32,000 nucleotides of DNA from Opitutales bacterium (GCA_049606355.1 JBMYVL010000003.1:220676-252675), one strand, 5' to 3'. Shown: positions 9,613-19,359, counted from the first letter of the stretch. Translations and numbers: made by a program. Notes: generated by a model from the letters alone, not told the origin.

Positions 9613-10091
9613 TGAGCAGTGGCACTGACATTCTCGAACAACTGGAGGCGGGCATCCGCACCGACTCCGCAGAGGCGACCGAACAAGTCGCCCGCGCCCT
9701 CGCCGCCCGTGTGCCCGAAAATCAGGTGTTGGCCTTCCACGGCGACCTCGGGGCCGGCAAGACCACCTTCATCCGCGGGCTCGCGCGCGCCTGGGGCATT
9801 CAAGAACCGGTGACCAGTCCAACTTTCAATCTCTACACACTCTATCAGGGCAATCGCTGTCTCGTCCATTTGGACGCCTATCGACTGGACTCCGGAGCCG
9901 ATCTCGACAATTTGATGATTGATGACTTCCTGCAGTCACCGTGGTGCCTCGCTATCGAGTGGCCGGAACGTATCGCCGACACACTGCCGGACGATACCTG
10001 GCACTTCTATTTAGCTATCGACGCGCAGCAGCACCAGCTACGCCTGGTGCGCGGGTCAACGCGCGCGCAGCAAGCCGCCCGCGGCAATTAA
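9612..10091 (+). CDS. tsaE: tRNA threonylcarbamoyladenosine biosynthesis ATPase TsaE
   Basis: P-loop '[10 protein letters not shown]', 'SPTFNL' and 'HLDAYRL'. The ATG shares 1 nt with the thiL stop (TGATG). 159 aa. Confidence 0.88.
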   Translation: MSSGTDILEQLEAGIRTDSAEATEQVARALAARVPENQVLAFHGDLGAGKTTFIRGLARAWGIQEPVTSPTFNLYTLYQGNRCLVHLDAYRLDSGADLDNLMIDDFLQSPWCLAIEWPERIADTLPDDTWHFYLAIDAQQHQLRLVRGSTRAQQAARGN

Positions 10092-10115
10092 CTTGATATC
10101 AAGTAAATTGAGCCC

Positions 10116-10565
10116 TCAGTGATTCAAGGACTCGGCGTAGGCACTCAATTTGGCGATGAGTGTGGCAAAATTAGCCCGCTCCGCTTCATCAAAGACCTCA
10201 AACAAATGGTCCAACTCCGCGGAATGTTCCGCGAAGCTCTGCTCGATTAAAGCCTGCCCGGCTGGCGTGAGTTGCACTAAAACGACACGACCATCCCGCT
10301 CATCGCGTGACCGCTGCACCAGCCCCCTCTTTTCCAAGCGTTGCACCGCAGTCGTGATCGATCCGCTGGTGAGCATGACCCGCTCTCCGATAGTAGTCAC
10401 GGGCAAGGCACCTTTGTGCAGTAAAATTTCCAACACGGCAAAATCCGACAAGGATCTAAAACCCGCACGACGGATGCTGGCCTGATCAAAACGCATGCTG
10501 TGGTGGGCCGCCTTCCACAACAGCAGGAACAAATGGGCGCCGGAATGCTGGTAAATTTTAGCCAT
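10116..10565 (-). CDS. MarR family transcriptional regulator
   Basis: 149 aa. Winged-HTH core: 'LSDFAVLEILLHKGALPVTTIGERVMLTSGSITTAVQRLEKRGLVQRSRDERDGRVVLVQLTPAG'. Confidence 0.85.
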   Translation of the reverse strand: MAKIYQHSGAHLFLLLWKAAHHSMRFDQASIRRAGFRSLSDFAVLEILLHKGALPVTTIGERVMLTSGSITTAVQRLEKRGLVQRSRDERDGRVVLVQLTPAGQALIEQSFAEHSAELDHLFEVFDEAERANFATLIAKLSAYAESLNH

Positions 10566-10576
10566 GCACTATCCCT

Positions 10577-10612
10577 GGGGCACAAATAGCTTTACGTCAA
10601 GCTAATTGCCCC
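10577..10612. promoter_or_regulatory. imperfect inverted repeat between tonB-like and marR genes (candidate operator or hairpin)
   Basis: ggggca..aaTAGCTT-tacgtc-AAGCTAatTGCCCC. The outer 6-bp arms and the inner 6-bp arms (TAGCTT/AAGCTA) are perfect, with one 2-nt bulge and one mismatch. It ends 12 nt upstream of the marR ATG. There is no U-tract on the minus strand. Confidence 0.3.
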
Positions 10613-10632
10613 GCTGCGTCCTTCCTTCCGGT

Positions 10633-11346
10633 TTAACGGAGCCGAAATGGCATTCGAAATTGGTGCGTTCTACCGGTTGGCGTGGGGCCAGCGCGCCCCA
10701 CCCGACGGAATGCAGCTAAAACCGATGCATCAAAACTCGTATTACCGGAACTGGAACTGAGGCGCACCTTGGCAATTGCCCCCGAGGGGGAAACCTCAAA
10801 ATTCACCAGAGCGCTCAATTGGAGCCCCCCGAGCCCTTCCGGCTGCCGCCAGGCTTGATTCAGCAAAGCCCACAAGCGCGATTGAAATTGCTGCAATGCG
10901 CTCACTTGCGCAGCACTTAAGGCCTGCTGAGGCGTATTACTGGTAATCAATTGCGGCACTTCTAAGGTTGGCGTCGTGAGCCGAGGCCGCTGCGGAGCGC
11001 GCACCTGTGGCTGCCTCGGCGCTTGGATCGGATTCTTTTTAAGAAATTCCGCATGACTGATGATCTTTGGAGCGGGTGGCTCGGAGCGGGGCGCAACTCG
11101 CTGCTGTGGCGGTGCAGTCGGCTTTGGCGTCGGCGGAAGGGTTGGAAGCTCGGGCAACGTCGGTACCTGAGGGCTTGCCGGCACATCGGCAAGGGATGCG
11201 GCCGGCGCAAGCGCCACCATCTGAAATACATGTGGTTTTGGCTTAGGCCAGAAGGCCTGTACCAGCAGATAAAGAAGAAAAGCAAGGCAAACGGCCAGAT
11301 GTAAAAGGACCGAGGTCCATAAAGGTGGAGTGCGCGTCAACCTCAT
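10633..11346 (-). CDS. TonB-family energy transducer (TolA-like not excluded)
   Basis: N-terminal TM 'VLLHLAVCLAFLLYLLV', a Pro-rich spacer (PTLPELPTLPPTPKPTAPP) and a C-terminal TonB-like domain ('ALVNFEVSPSGAIAKVRLSSSSGNTSFDASVLAAF'). It follows exbB-exbD. ATG at 11346 is preferred (4 nt after the exbD stop); the long ORF start at 11391 overlaps exbD. Confidence 0.7.
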   Translation of the reverse strand: MRLTRTPPLWTSVLLHLAVCLAFLLYLLVQAFWPKPKPHVFQMVALAPAASLADVPASPQVPTLPELPTLPPTPKPTAPPQQRVAPRSEPPAPKIISHAEFLKKNPIQAPRQPQVRAPQRPRLTTPTLEVPQLITSNTPQQALSAAQVSALQQFQSRLWALLNQAWRQPEGLGGLQLSALVNFEVSPSGAIAKVRLSSSSGNTSFDASVLAAFRRVGRAGPTPTGRTHQFRMPFRLR

Positions 11347-11350
11347 CCCC

Positions 11351-11764
11351 TCACTCAACCTGCGTATCCAAACTGATCTTCGAAAGCTCACGCTGCTTGA
11401 TCATATCAATTACAGTCACCACTCGCTGATAGGGCAGCTTGGCATCGGCCCGAATACTAAGGACTGGCGGGTTTGGATCTTGAGCCAAGCCATCCAATAA
11501 CTCTCCGAGTTGCTGGAGCGACACGACCTGTGTCCCCCAAAAATGCTGTCCCTTGGCGTCAATTGAAAGCGATTGAAAGTCGTCGCGCTCCTCCGCCTGT
11601 GCTTTGGCTGCTTCAACAGGGAGCTCCACTTCAATCGTTTGCTCAAGGAGCGGAGTTGTGATCATAAAAATAATCAGGAGCGCAAAAGCGAGGTCGATCA
11701 GTGGTGTTACATTGATCTCCGTGAGTGCCGAAAGGCGGTCTTTGCGGTGAAAATTACGGGCCAT
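11351..11764 (-). CDS. exbD: biopolymer transport protein ExbD/TolR
   Basis: 'EINVTPLIDLAFALLIIFMITTP' is the signature TM segment. 137 aa. Confidence 0.85.
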   Translation of the reverse strand: MARNFHRKDRLSALTEINVTPLIDLAFALLIIFMITTPLLEQTIEVELPVEAAKAQAEERDDFQSLSIDAKGQHFWGTQVVSLQQLGELLDGLAQDPNPPVLSIRADAKLPYQRVVTVIDMIKQRELSKISLDTQVE

Positions 11765-11783
11765 GCGCGGTCAGGAAGCTCCG

Positions 11784-12515
11784 TTAATGATTCGCGGCTG
11801 CCTGTGCTTCAAGCTCGATGCGGTCGGCGACAGTACTGGCAAAATTTTCGAGTTCAACAACTGCTATTTTAGTCTGTTGCAGGAGATAATTGTAGCCGAA
11901 AACCGAGGGAATCGCCACCACCAGACCCGCGACGGTGGTCAACAAAGCACCGGACACGCCGGGAGCTAAGCTCTGTAAACTCGCGGAACCGGAACCCGCC
12001 ATTCCGCCAAAGGCATCCATCACCCCCCACACCGTACCCAACAAACCAAGGAAGGGCGCGCCGCTGACGATCGAGCCCAACATCACCATCTTGGTTTCGT
12101 AGCGGATGATCTGCTCAGCGACTGAACGCTGTATCGCGTTTTCGACATGGCCCATGCGCAAGGAGGCACGGTGTGTGTCGGCGTCCGCCATTGCCCCACC
12201 ATAGCGGAAAAAGGCCTGCAAGCTCTCACGCACGATCGCGTAGTAGGGCCCAGCACCTTTGCCGGGGCGTTCGCTATCCAGTGCCAGGAGCTGCCCCTCT
12301 TTACTCAGTAGTCGCTCATAACGCTGATTTTGCGAACGCAAGCGGGAGAGATCCATATACTTGCCCAGCATCACTGACCAAGCGACCACGCTAAAGAGCG
12401 CCAAAATCAAAATGATCACCTGCCCCGCAAAGTTCGACTGAGCAAAATACGTAAACACATTGGGACCTACGGCCGCCTGAAATAGAGGAAGATTCGTCGC
12501 TACGCTAAAACTCAT
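11784..12515 (-). CDS. exbB: MotA/TolQ/ExbB proton-channel protein
   Basis: 243 aa with three TM segments and the C-terminal motif 'GAPFLGLLGTVWGVMDAF'. First gene of the exbB-exbD-tonB arrangement. Confidence 0.85.
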   Translation of the reverse strand: MSFSVATNLPLFQAAVGPNVFTYFAQSNFAGQVIILILALFSVVAWSVMLGKYMDLSRLRSQNQRYERLLSKEGQLLALDSERPGKGAGPYYAIVRESLQAFFRYGGAMADADTHRASLRMGHVENAIQRSVAEQIIRYETKMVMLGSIVSGAPFLGLLGTVWGVMDAFGGMAGSGSASLQSLAPGVSGALLTTVAGLVVAIPSVFGYNYLLQQTKIAVVELENFASTVADRIELEAQAAANH

Positions 12516-12690
12516 AAGTACAACACTGTAGGTTTGTAAAATAGACGGTAATTAACACCCCGCGTTCAATTTCGTGCCAGCATAAAATTGAAGGATCCCC
12601 CTCGGTCCCGCTCGATTTGAATACAAGCTGACCATTAAAATAGTTTGCCAGCCGGTAAGCGTCGCCTAGACCTAAGCTCAGAACTCATCT

Positions 12691-13800
12691 ATGAACACTT
12701 TCCAACAAACAATAAACGAACTGAAGCAACACGCTGCAGCGGTCAGCAGCAAAAAAGCGCTCGTCGGCATCGATGGCTTTGTCGACAAAATCGTACACCC
12801 TGTCGATCAGCGCACGGGGCCCGGCGACCAGTTTAGCGCGATCCCAACAATCGCTGAATTTGGCGCACGGATCAGCTCTGCTGCGGGTAAAAGCGCCAAC
12901 ATCGAGCTTGCCCCGGTAGTTGAAAAATTAGGTGGCAATGGCCCGATTATGGCACACGCCCAATGTGCGCACGGGGTTCAAGTACGCTACATTGGTGCCC
13001 TCGGCAAACCGGCCATCCATCCGGTGTTCGAAACATTTGCAGCCGAGACTGACGCCGTTTCAATCACCGAGCCCGGCATCACGCACGCAGCTGAATTCAC
13101 CGACGGCAAGATCATGTTCGGGTCAATGGCGTGCTTAGATGCAATCAACTACGCCAGTATCGTTGATGCCATGGGAGCGGAGGCACTGGCGCAGGCATTT
13201 GGCGAAGCCGATGCGATCTCGATGGTCAACTGGACCATGATTCCGTACTTATCGGAAGTCTTCACCGATTTCTTGGAAAAACTGCTGCCCACCCTACCCG
13301 CAAATCCAGAGCGCTTGTTCTTTTTTGATTTAGCTGACCCAGAAAAACGCTCGCGTGAGGACCTCCGCGAAGTGTTAGCGATCATCGGTAAATTCGAAGC
13401 ATTCGGCCAAGTGATCCTAGGGCTCAACTACAGAGAGGCCGAGCAAATCGATACCCTACTTGGTTTTGAGCAACTCGACAAAAACCCTGACAATTTGCAA
13501 ACCATGGCCGCGCGGATCCGCGAAGCGCTGCAAGTCAATACCGTTGTAGTCCACCCGGTTGAATGTGCCGTCTGCGCTACTGCATCGGGCACGGACTATG
13601 TCAGTGGTCCGCTGTGCGCGAAGCCCAAGATCACTACGGGAGCCGGCGACCACTTTAATTCGGGCTTTGTCACCGGACGCCTGCTAGGGCTAACACCAGC
13701 CGCAGCATTGACTGTGGCGGTCGCCACGTCCGGTTACTATGTACGCACTGCCGTCAGCCCCTCACTTAACGAGATCACTGAGTTTATTGCCTCTTGGTGA
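12691..13800 (+). CDS. ribokinase-superfamily sugar/sugar-phosphate kinase (PfkB-like, with ADP-dependent-kinase-like motifs)
   Basis: 369 aa. 'GIDGFVDKIV', 'LGGNGPIMAHA', 'LGLNYREAE' (NxxE) and C-terminal 'TTGAGDHFNSGF' (GAGD anion hole). Confidence 0.7.
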   Translation: MNTFQQTINELKQHAAAVSSKKALVGIDGFVDKIVHPVDQRTGPGDQFSAIPTIAEFGARISSAAGKSANIELAPVVEKLGGNGPIMAHAQCAHGVQVRYIGALGKPAIHPVFETFAAETDAVSITEPGITHAAEFTDGKIMFGSMACLDAINYASIVDAMGAEALAQAFGEADAISMVNWTMIPYLSEVFTDFLEKLLPTLPANPERLFFFDLADPEKRSREDLREVLAIIGKFEAFGQVILGLNYREAEQIDTLLGFEQLDKNPDNLQTMAARIREALQVNTVVVHPVECAVCATASGTDYVSGPLCAKPKITTGAGDHFNSGFVTGRLLGLTPAAALTVAVATSGYYVRTAVSPSLNEITEFIASW

Positions 13801-13806
13801 CCCTGT

Positions 13807-14436
13807 ATGGCCGGACTATTCATCAGCTTCGAGGGTACTGAAGGTTGCGGCAAATCGACGCAACTCAAAGCGCTGGCGGCGCGCCTGCAAGCTGCGGGGC
13901 GAGCCGTCGTGCAAACCCGAGAACCGGGCGGCACGCCACTGAGTGAAGCCATCCGCCAACTCCTGCAGCACGATCCTGCGGGCGAAGCGATGTGCCCCGA
14001 AGCTGAACTGTTGTTGTTTGCCGCCGCACGAGCACAGCATACCCGCAAGTGTATACAACCGGCATTGGCCGCGAATCAAGTGGTTCTCTGCGACCGATTC
14101 ATCGATTCGACCACAGTCTATCAGGGCGTCGCTCGCGCTCTGGCAAGCGATACCGTCGCCGCGATCAATCAATTTGCCATGGGCACGACTCGCCCGGATT
14201 TGACCCTGCTGATTGATCTGGCACCCGAAATCGGCATGGAACGCGTGAAAGCGCGTGGCACCGGCGAGCTCGATCGTATGGAGCGCGAGACTCTGGCATT
14301 TTTTCAAGCTGTTCGCGAAGGCTACCTCCGCCTTGCCGCCACTGAGCCAAACCGTTTCATCGTTATCGATGGGGACCAAGCCCCTGAAACCCTCGAATCT
14401 GAAATCTGGGATGTCGTTACGCAGCGCCTTACCTGA
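13807..14436 (+). CDS. tmk: dTMP (thymidylate) kinase
   Basis: 'ISFEGTEGCGKSTQ' P-loop, 'TREPGGTP' and 'DRFIDSTTVYQG'. 209 aa. Confidence 0.92.
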   Translation: MAGLFISFEGTEGCGKSTQLKALAARLQAAGRAVVQTREPGGTPLSEAIRQLLQHDPAGEAMCPEAELLLFAAARAQHTRKCIQPALAANQVVLCDRFIDSTTVYQGVARALASDTVAAINQFAMGTTRPDLTLLIDLAPEIGMERVKARGTGELDRMERETLAFFQAVREGYLRLAATEPNRFIVIDGDQAPETLESEIWDVVTQRLT

Positions 14437-15373
14437 AGCCTTGCAGGACTGCCGCGCCGTCGAGGTGTTGGAGCGTTCACTCAATCGCGAGCGGCTGGGC
14501 CATGGTATTTTACTTCATGGGGAAAGCCTCGATGATCTGGAGCATATTGTCCGCGCGATTGCCGCCAATCGCCTCGAGACGCCACGCGACCCCTATACCC
14601 ATCCCGATTGCTTCACCCTCAGACCGAGCGGTAAAGCGCGCATGATCCGCATCGGCACCGGCCCCGAAGAGTCCAACACCATGCGTAAGTTGGTGATTGA
14701 TGTACAGAAATCCTCGAATCAAGGCGGCCGCAAAGTAGGCATCATTTTTGAGGCCGACCGCATGAATGTGCAATCAGCCAATGCCTTCCTCAAAACACTT
14801 GAAGAACCGCCCGCGGGCACAACCCTCTTCCTACTCACCACGCGTCCCTACGACCTGCTGGATACCATTCGAAGTCGTTGCCTCAACTTTCGGGTACCGA
14901 GTCAGGCGGATCGGATCGAGCACACGGCTTGGGCCACCTGGATTACGGATTATCGCAATTGGCTGGGCATGCTCCTGAAAGGCCCCAACAAACAAAGTAT
15001 TCCACACATCATGCTTGGCGCCTATGGGCTGATGAGCCGCTTCCAGTCGATTCTGGCCGAATTGACTCAAAGCGCTTGGAGCGCCCACAAAGCGCAACTG
15101 CCCGAACAAGTCACCAACGACGAAAAGGATGCCATGGAGGCGGGCCTCAGTCGTGGCTACCGCAAACAACTTTTTGCCGAAATTGAAAAATTAACCGCCG
15201 GTTATTGCCGAGATGTCGAGCAGCTCAACCCAGGCCGATTGCCGGTGCGCGCGCAAAATCGGGCCATTCAGGCACTGGAGCACAGCGCCGCTTTACTCGA
15301 ACTCAACTTCAACCAAGCCACCGCGCTTGAACTTTTTTTCCTCCAGTCGCTGCGTATCTGGACTGCGAAATAA
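14411..15373 (+). CDS. holB: DNA polymerase III subunit delta'
   Basis: 'HGILLHG' without a Walker A lysine, 'ANAFLKTLEEPP' and 'TIRSRC'. The ATG at 14411 overlaps the tmk 3' end by 26 nt. The longer ORF start at 14255 lies inside tmk and is rejected. Confidence 0.85.
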   Translation: MSLRSALPEALQDCRAVEVLERSLNRERLGHGILLHGESLDDLEHIVRAIAANRLETPRDPYTHPDCFTLRPSGKARMIRIGTGPEESNTMRKLVIDVQKSSNQGGRKVGIIFEADRMNVQSANAFLKTLEEPPAGTTLFLLTTRPYDLLDTIRSRCLNFRVPSQADRIEHTAWATWITDYRNWLGMLLKGPNKQSIPHIMLGAYGLMSRFQSILAELTQSAWSAHKAQLPEQVTNDEKDAMEAGLSRGYRKQLFAEIEKLTAGYCRDVEQLNPGRLPVRAQNRAIQALEHSAALLELNFNQATALELFFLQSLRIWTAK

Positions 15374-15405
15374 ATTAACGTCACCACCCATTCGTCCCAA
15401 TTATT

Positions 15406-16050
15406 ATGTGCGGCCGTTACACACTTCATCTTCAGCCAGAAAGCCTCGCAGACGCCATTGCTACAGCGATCCCAGCCGACTACGCACCGAGCTATAACAT
15501 CGGCCCTGGTACCGAGATCCTTTCCCGCACCGCCGAAACAGTAGCGCGGATGCACTGGGGCCTGCGTACGCCGCAGAATTTCCACATCAATGCCCGCCTC
15601 GAAACAGCCGATGCCACCCCCCGCTTCCGTGACAGCTGGGAAGAGCACCGCTGCCTGATTCCGGCCAATGGGTTTTATGAATGGCTCAACGATGGTGTGC
15701 GCAAACAGCCCTACTACATCTACCCCTCTCAGGCAGAGCTGCTTTATTTCGCCGGTCTATGGATGCCTGCAACTCAACCCGAACAGCTCGCACAGTGCGT
15801 CATTTTGACCACCGATGCCCCCGAAAGTGTCAAAGCAATCCATCCGCGCATGCCGGTACTGTTGCCGAATGAGGTGCATTCCGAGTGGCTGGAAAACCGC
15901 CTATCCAAAGCAGATGCCAATACCTGTGCGCAACAAGTTGCCCTCGACAAGCACACGGTTAGCAGCCGCGTCAACGCCATGCAGAATGACGACAGTAAAC
16001 TGATCGTGGCGACGACCCCACTGACCGACGATCAGCTACAGTTGTTCTGA
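15406..16050 (+). CDS. SOS response-associated peptidase (SRAP/YedK family, abasic-site DNA-protein crosslinking)
   Basis: Diagnostic N-terminus 'MCGRYTL' (catalytic Cys2) and 'PANGFYEW'. 214 aa. Confidence 0.85.
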   Translation: MCGRYTLHLQPESLADAIATAIPADYAPSYNIGPGTEILSRTAETVARMHWGLRTPQNFHINARLETADATPRFRDSWEEHRCLIPANGFYEWLNDGVRKQPYYIYPSQAELLYFAGLWMPATQPEQLAQCVILTTDAPESVKAIHPRMPVLLPNEVHSEWLENRLSKADANTCAQQVALDKHTVSSRVNAMQNDDSKLIVATTPLTDDQLQLF

Positions 16051-16065
16051 TCACGAGCTGAGACA

Positions 16066-16665
16066 TTAGAATAGCTGGGGACTCGACAGCTGAAGCAAAC
16101 GAACTTCTTCAGACCCATAAGGTCGGCAGGGGTAACTGAGTTGAGGCGTGTAGCTGCGTACGATCTTAAAGTCCTCAGCGAAATGTGCCTCCAGCGCTGC
16201 AGTTGAGATCGGATGTGGCGGACCCTGCCCCTCGTACCCGGCAACCACTCGAAAGAAAATTGCCAGAAAGTGTCCGCCTGGCTTGAGTGCGCGTCGAACC
16301 GAGCGCACATAATCGGCCCGCTGTTCTGGCTCCAGCGCACAAAAACAGGTGTGCTCCACCACCCAATCAAATTGGCCATGTAAATCGTCCGGTAAGGAGA
16401 GAAAATCACCGACACGATACCTGGCATTGGGTAGCGCCGCAAAGCGCTGAGCAGCCTCAAGCGCGCCCTCAGCCAGATCCAAGCCCAGCACGTTCGCGCC
16501 CTGTTTTGCCAATAAGCGTACATCATGCCCTGCCCCCGAACCCGGTACCAATACCTTGCCGGCGATCTTTTGCGTACCCAGAAACTCCACCAACGGTGGC
16601 GCAGCCTCGCCTTTATCCCAAGGGGTGTCGCCCTTTGCATACGCCGCATTCCAATCCAGTGCCAT
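16066..16665 (-). CDS. class I SAM-dependent methyltransferase, thiopurine/halide methyltransferase (TPMT)-like
   Basis: 'YAKGDTPWD' N-terminus, SAM motif I 'VLVPGSGAGHD', 'LGLDLAEGAL'. 199 aa. Confidence 0.75.
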   Translation of the reverse strand: MALDWNAAYAKGDTPWDKGEAAPPLVEFLGTQKIAGKVLVPGSGAGHDVRLLAKQGANVLGLDLAEGALEAAQRFAALPNARYRVGDFLSLPDDLHGQFDWVVEHTCFCALEPEQRADYVRSVRRALKPGGHFLAIFFRVVAGYEGQGPPHPISTAALEAHFAEDFKIVRSYTPQLSYPCRPYGSEEVRLLQLSSPQLF

Positions 16666-16781
16666 GCCGCTAACCTGGCGAATTTACACCCAGTGACAAC
16701 CCCGCGCTCGAATAAAGGTCGATCGCCAGAGCGACATCCTTGTTATTGCGCCAGTCCGTAAAAGGAGTTGCACTCTTCGAC

Positions 16782-18305
16782 ATGGAATCGGAATCACTCG
16801 CGCGCACACTGCGCCAGGAAATTGTTCTGGCGCGGCAACGCATTTATGCAGTGGGGCAGCGCACTCCCTTGGAGGCGATCCAGCTCGACGACTGCGCGGT
16901 TTTCATAAAGCGCGAAGATCTGTCGCCCATCCATGCCTACAAATGGCGCGGCGCTTACAATCGAATGGCGCAGCTCAATACCGACGAGCTCGCGCGTGGA
17001 GTCGTGACCGCCTCGGCGGGTAATCATGCCCAAGGTGTTGCGCTCGCCGCGCAGAAGTTGGGCACTACCGCCACCATTTACATGCCACTTGCCACGCCAC
17101 GCATGAAGCAAGCTGCCGTCAAACGGCATGGCGGAAATCAGGTTGAAATTAAACTCGTGGGCGACAGCTACGATGCCGCCAGCGCCGCGGCACACGACTA
17201 TGCCGCGCGTCATGATAAAACCTACATTCATGCCTACGACTCAATCGCCGTGATGGCCGGGCAAGGGACGCTCGCCGATGAAATCGTCCTCTCCGAGCAA
17301 GGCCCTTTTGATGTGGCCTTCTTGCAGGTCGGCGGAGGCGGCTTGGCGGCAGCCACCGCTACCTGGTTGAAGCTCAATTTCCCGGACATTCGCATCATCG
17401 GTGTCGAGGGAGTCGGTCAGGCATCGATGGCGGCTGCAATTCAGGCGGGGCACCCCATCGCACTGGATCACGTCGATATTTTTTGCGACGGCACTGCGGT
17501 GCGTCAAGTGGGGGAACTCACCTATTCCATTTGCAAGGAAGCAGTCGATGAATGGATGACGGTCAGCAATGATGAAGTCTCCGCAGCGATCCAATTCCTG
17601 TGGGAGGAATTGCGCTGCATCCCGGAGCCATCCGGTGCGATGGGGATGGCTGCGATCCTCAAGCGTCGCGAGCAGTTGCAGGGCCAACGCGTCCTTGCGG
17701 TTCTCTGCGGCGCCAACATGGATTTTGAACAATTGGCGACCATCGCCCGTCAAGCCGCTGTAGGCGCCTCCCGCCGCCGCTATTTACGCATCACCATCGC
17801 CGAGCAATCCGGAGCCATGCACACGCTACTCGAATCGCTTCCGGAGACGGTAAACATCGTTGATTTTCAGTATGGTAAAACCGACAGCAACGAGGCCCAT
17901 CCCGTGATTGGCTTTGACGTCAACCCGCTACAATTCGAAGCACTCCGTGCGGCCCTCAAGCAAAACAGCTATCCAGCCACTGAAGTCACGACCGATAGCG
18001 ATGTTCGCTTTCGCCTCATCCACTATGAGTCGCGCCTGCTCGCGCATCCATTTTTCCTGACGCTCGAATTCCACGAGCGGCCCGGTGCACTCGCCGAGTT
18101 CCTGCGCGCGGTCAGTCCACATGCGAATTTGTGCTACTTCAACTATGTGTACTCCGGCGAACGTGTCGGGCGGGCCCTGCTAGGCTTTGAATTCGTCGAT
18201 GCCGATGCCCAGGCACGATTCCCCGAGGTTTTGGCCTCCGCAGCACAGGCCTACCGCGCGTATACGCAAGTGGATGCCACTGTCCTGCAGCGCATCATAC
18301 AATAA
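16782..18305 (+). CDS. ilvA: biosynthetic threonine ammonia-lyase (threonine dehydratase)
   Basis: PLP-Lys region '[13 protein letters not shown]', '[10 protein letters not shown]' and the 'QVGGGGLAA' glycine loop, plus an about 170-aa C-terminal regulatory (ACT-like) region. ATG at 16782 with AAAGGAG upstream. 507 aa. Confidence 0.9.
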   Translation: MESESLARTLRQEIVLARQRIYAVGQRTPLEAIQLDDCAVFIKREDLSPIHAYKWRGAYNRMAQLNTDELARGVVTASAGNHAQGVALAAQKLGTTATIYMPLATPRMKQAAVKRHGGNQVEIKLVGDSYDAASAAAHDYAARHDKTYIHAYDSIAVMAGQGTLADEIVLSEQGPFDVAFLQVGGGGLAAATATWLKLNFPDIRIIGVEGVGQASMAAAIQAGHPIALDHVDIFCDGTAVRQVGELTYSICKEAVDEWMTVSNDEVSAAIQFLWEELRCIPEPSGAMGMAAILKRREQLQGQRVLAVLCGANMDFEQLATIARQAAVGASRRRYLRITIAEQSGAMHTLLESLPETVNIVDFQYGKTDSNEAHPVIGFDVNPLQFEALRAALKQNSYPATEVTTDSDVRFRLIHYESRLLAHPFFLTLEFHERPGALAEFLRAVSPHANLCYFNYVYSGERVGRALLGFEFVDADAQARFPEVLASAAQAYRAYTQVDATVLQRIIQ

Positions 18306-18341
18306 CTTGCGCGCGGGCGCCGTACGACTGGGTGGATCGGC

Positions 18342-18365
18342 AAGCCAGCCACTGGCTGGGCTTTT
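18342..18365 (+). terminator. putative rho-independent terminator after ilvA
   Basis: aagCCAGCCactGGCTGGgcTTTT: a 6-bp GC-rich stem with a 3-nt loop, extendable by 3 bp across a 1-nt bulge, followed by TTTT. It begins 37 nt past the ilvA stop. Confidence 0.45.
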
Positions 18366-18408
18366 ATCCTGTCCAAATCGAGCATCCTCTTACAAAAGTA
18401 CCTCAAGT

Positions 18409-19359
18409 ATGGAAACCGCACCACTCGTCTTTAACGCCCTGTTGCCAATCTGCGCGATGATTGGGCTTGGCTATCTTGCACGGCGTGTTGGTTGGTTGAA
18501 TGCGACTGCCGACCACAGCCTGATGCGCCTGATCGTCAATCTGCTCTACCCCTGCCTGATTTTTAGCTTCATCCTGAATAATGAAGCGCTGCAACACGCC
18601 GAAAACATTGTGGCGCCACCCTTGTTCGGCTTCATCAGCATCGTCACTGGATTCGCCCTCGCAAGCGTCGTTGCACGCACGCTCAAACTCGGCAGCGACT
18701 CGGAATGTCGTACTTTTAGCTTCAGTTGCGGCATCTACAATTATGCCTATTTCGCGATTCCCATCACGACGCTGCTCTTCGATCGCGAAACCATTGGCGT
18801 ACTCCTCGTCTACAATGTCGGGATTGAGGCAGCCATGTGGATTGTCGGCGTCGGCTCTATTCTGGCGGGCAAAGAATCCACAGGGCTCGCCAAGCGGATT
18901 TTCAATGGCCCTGTCCTCGCAATCTGTATTGCGGTTCCCGCCAATCTCCTCGGACTCGGGCAGCACCTGCCCTACGTTGCCACCGAATCGATGCAGCAAC
19001 TCGGGCAATGCACGATCCCGCTTGGATTACTCCTAATCGGTGCCACCTTCGCTGATTTAATCGGCGCGAACCAGCGTCTGCATACGATCGGTATCCCGGC
19101 AGCGGCTTGTCTGCTGCGTTTGCTGCTGCTGCCGATACTGATGCTCAGCGCTGCGTTCTTCCTACCCATCTCAACTGAACTGAAGCAGGTGATTCTCGTG
19201 CAGGCTGCCATGCCTTGTGGGGTCTTTCCGATTCTCCTCGCTCGCCATTACCACGGCGTTCCTGCAATCGCCTTTCAAGTTGCGCTGGCCACCATTGTAT
19301 TGAGCTGCATCAGCATCCCCTTGTGGATTGGTTTCGGTAAAGATCTGCTAGGCTTCTAA
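18409..19359 (+). CDS. AEC (auxin efflux carrier) family transporter
   Basis: 316 aa from the ATG at 18409 ('[26 protein letters not shown]...'). About 10 hydrophobic segments, typical AEC N-terminus. The longer ORF start at 18187 overlaps ilvA and is rejected. Confidence 0.8.
   Translation: METAPLVFNALLPICAMIGLGYLARRVGWLNATADHSLMRLIVNLLYPCLIFSFILNNEALQHAENIVAPPLFGFISIVTGFALASVVARTLKLGSDSECRTFSFSCGIYNYAYFAIPITTLLFDRETIGVLLVYNVGIEAAMWIVGVGSILAGKESTGLAKRIFNGPVLAICIAVPANLLGLGQHLPYVATESMQQLGQCTIPLGLLLIGATFADLIGANQRLHTIGIPAAACLLRLLLLPILMLSAAFFLPISTELKQVILVQAAMPCGVFPILLARHYHGVPAIAFQVALATIVLSCISIPLWIGFGKDLLGF

Noticed and set aside
9417-9869. 150-aa minus-strand ORF spanning the thiL/tsaE junction
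   Set aside because: It is antisense to two well-supported genes, has no motifs and has GC-rich shadow-ORF composition.
10091-10104. Perfect 14-nt palindrome ACTTGATATCAAGT between the convergent tsaE and marR stops
   Set aside because: It is AT-rich, would form only a 5-bp stem, and has no flanking U-tracts. It lies at the 3' ends of the genes rather than in a promoter, so it is most likely chance or a weak bidirectional pause site.
10962-11304. Overlapping about 100-aa ORFs on both strands inside the Pro-rich region of the TonB-like gene
   Set aside because: These are artefacts of the repetitive CCN/GGN-rich sequence that encodes the proline spacer.
13816-14484. 222-aa minus-strand ORF, plus several 60-100-aa ORFs, overlapping tmk
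   Set aside because: It is antisense to a gene with unmistakable dTMP-kinase motifs. The translation is Arg/Ala/Gly-rich with no recognisable domain, which is a typical shadow ORF in GC-rich coding DNA.
16032-16649. 205-aa minus-strand ORF in an alternative frame of the methyltransferase gene, plus plus-strand ORF 16287-16673
   Set aside because: The 16066-16665 frame has clear SAM-methyltransferase motifs. The alternative frames are Arg/Trp/Pro-rich nonsense.
17241-19008. Long antisense ORFs inside ilvA (17241-17753) and the AEC transporter gene (18403-19008)
   Set aside because: The opposite strands carry confidently identified genes, and the antisense products have no motifs.
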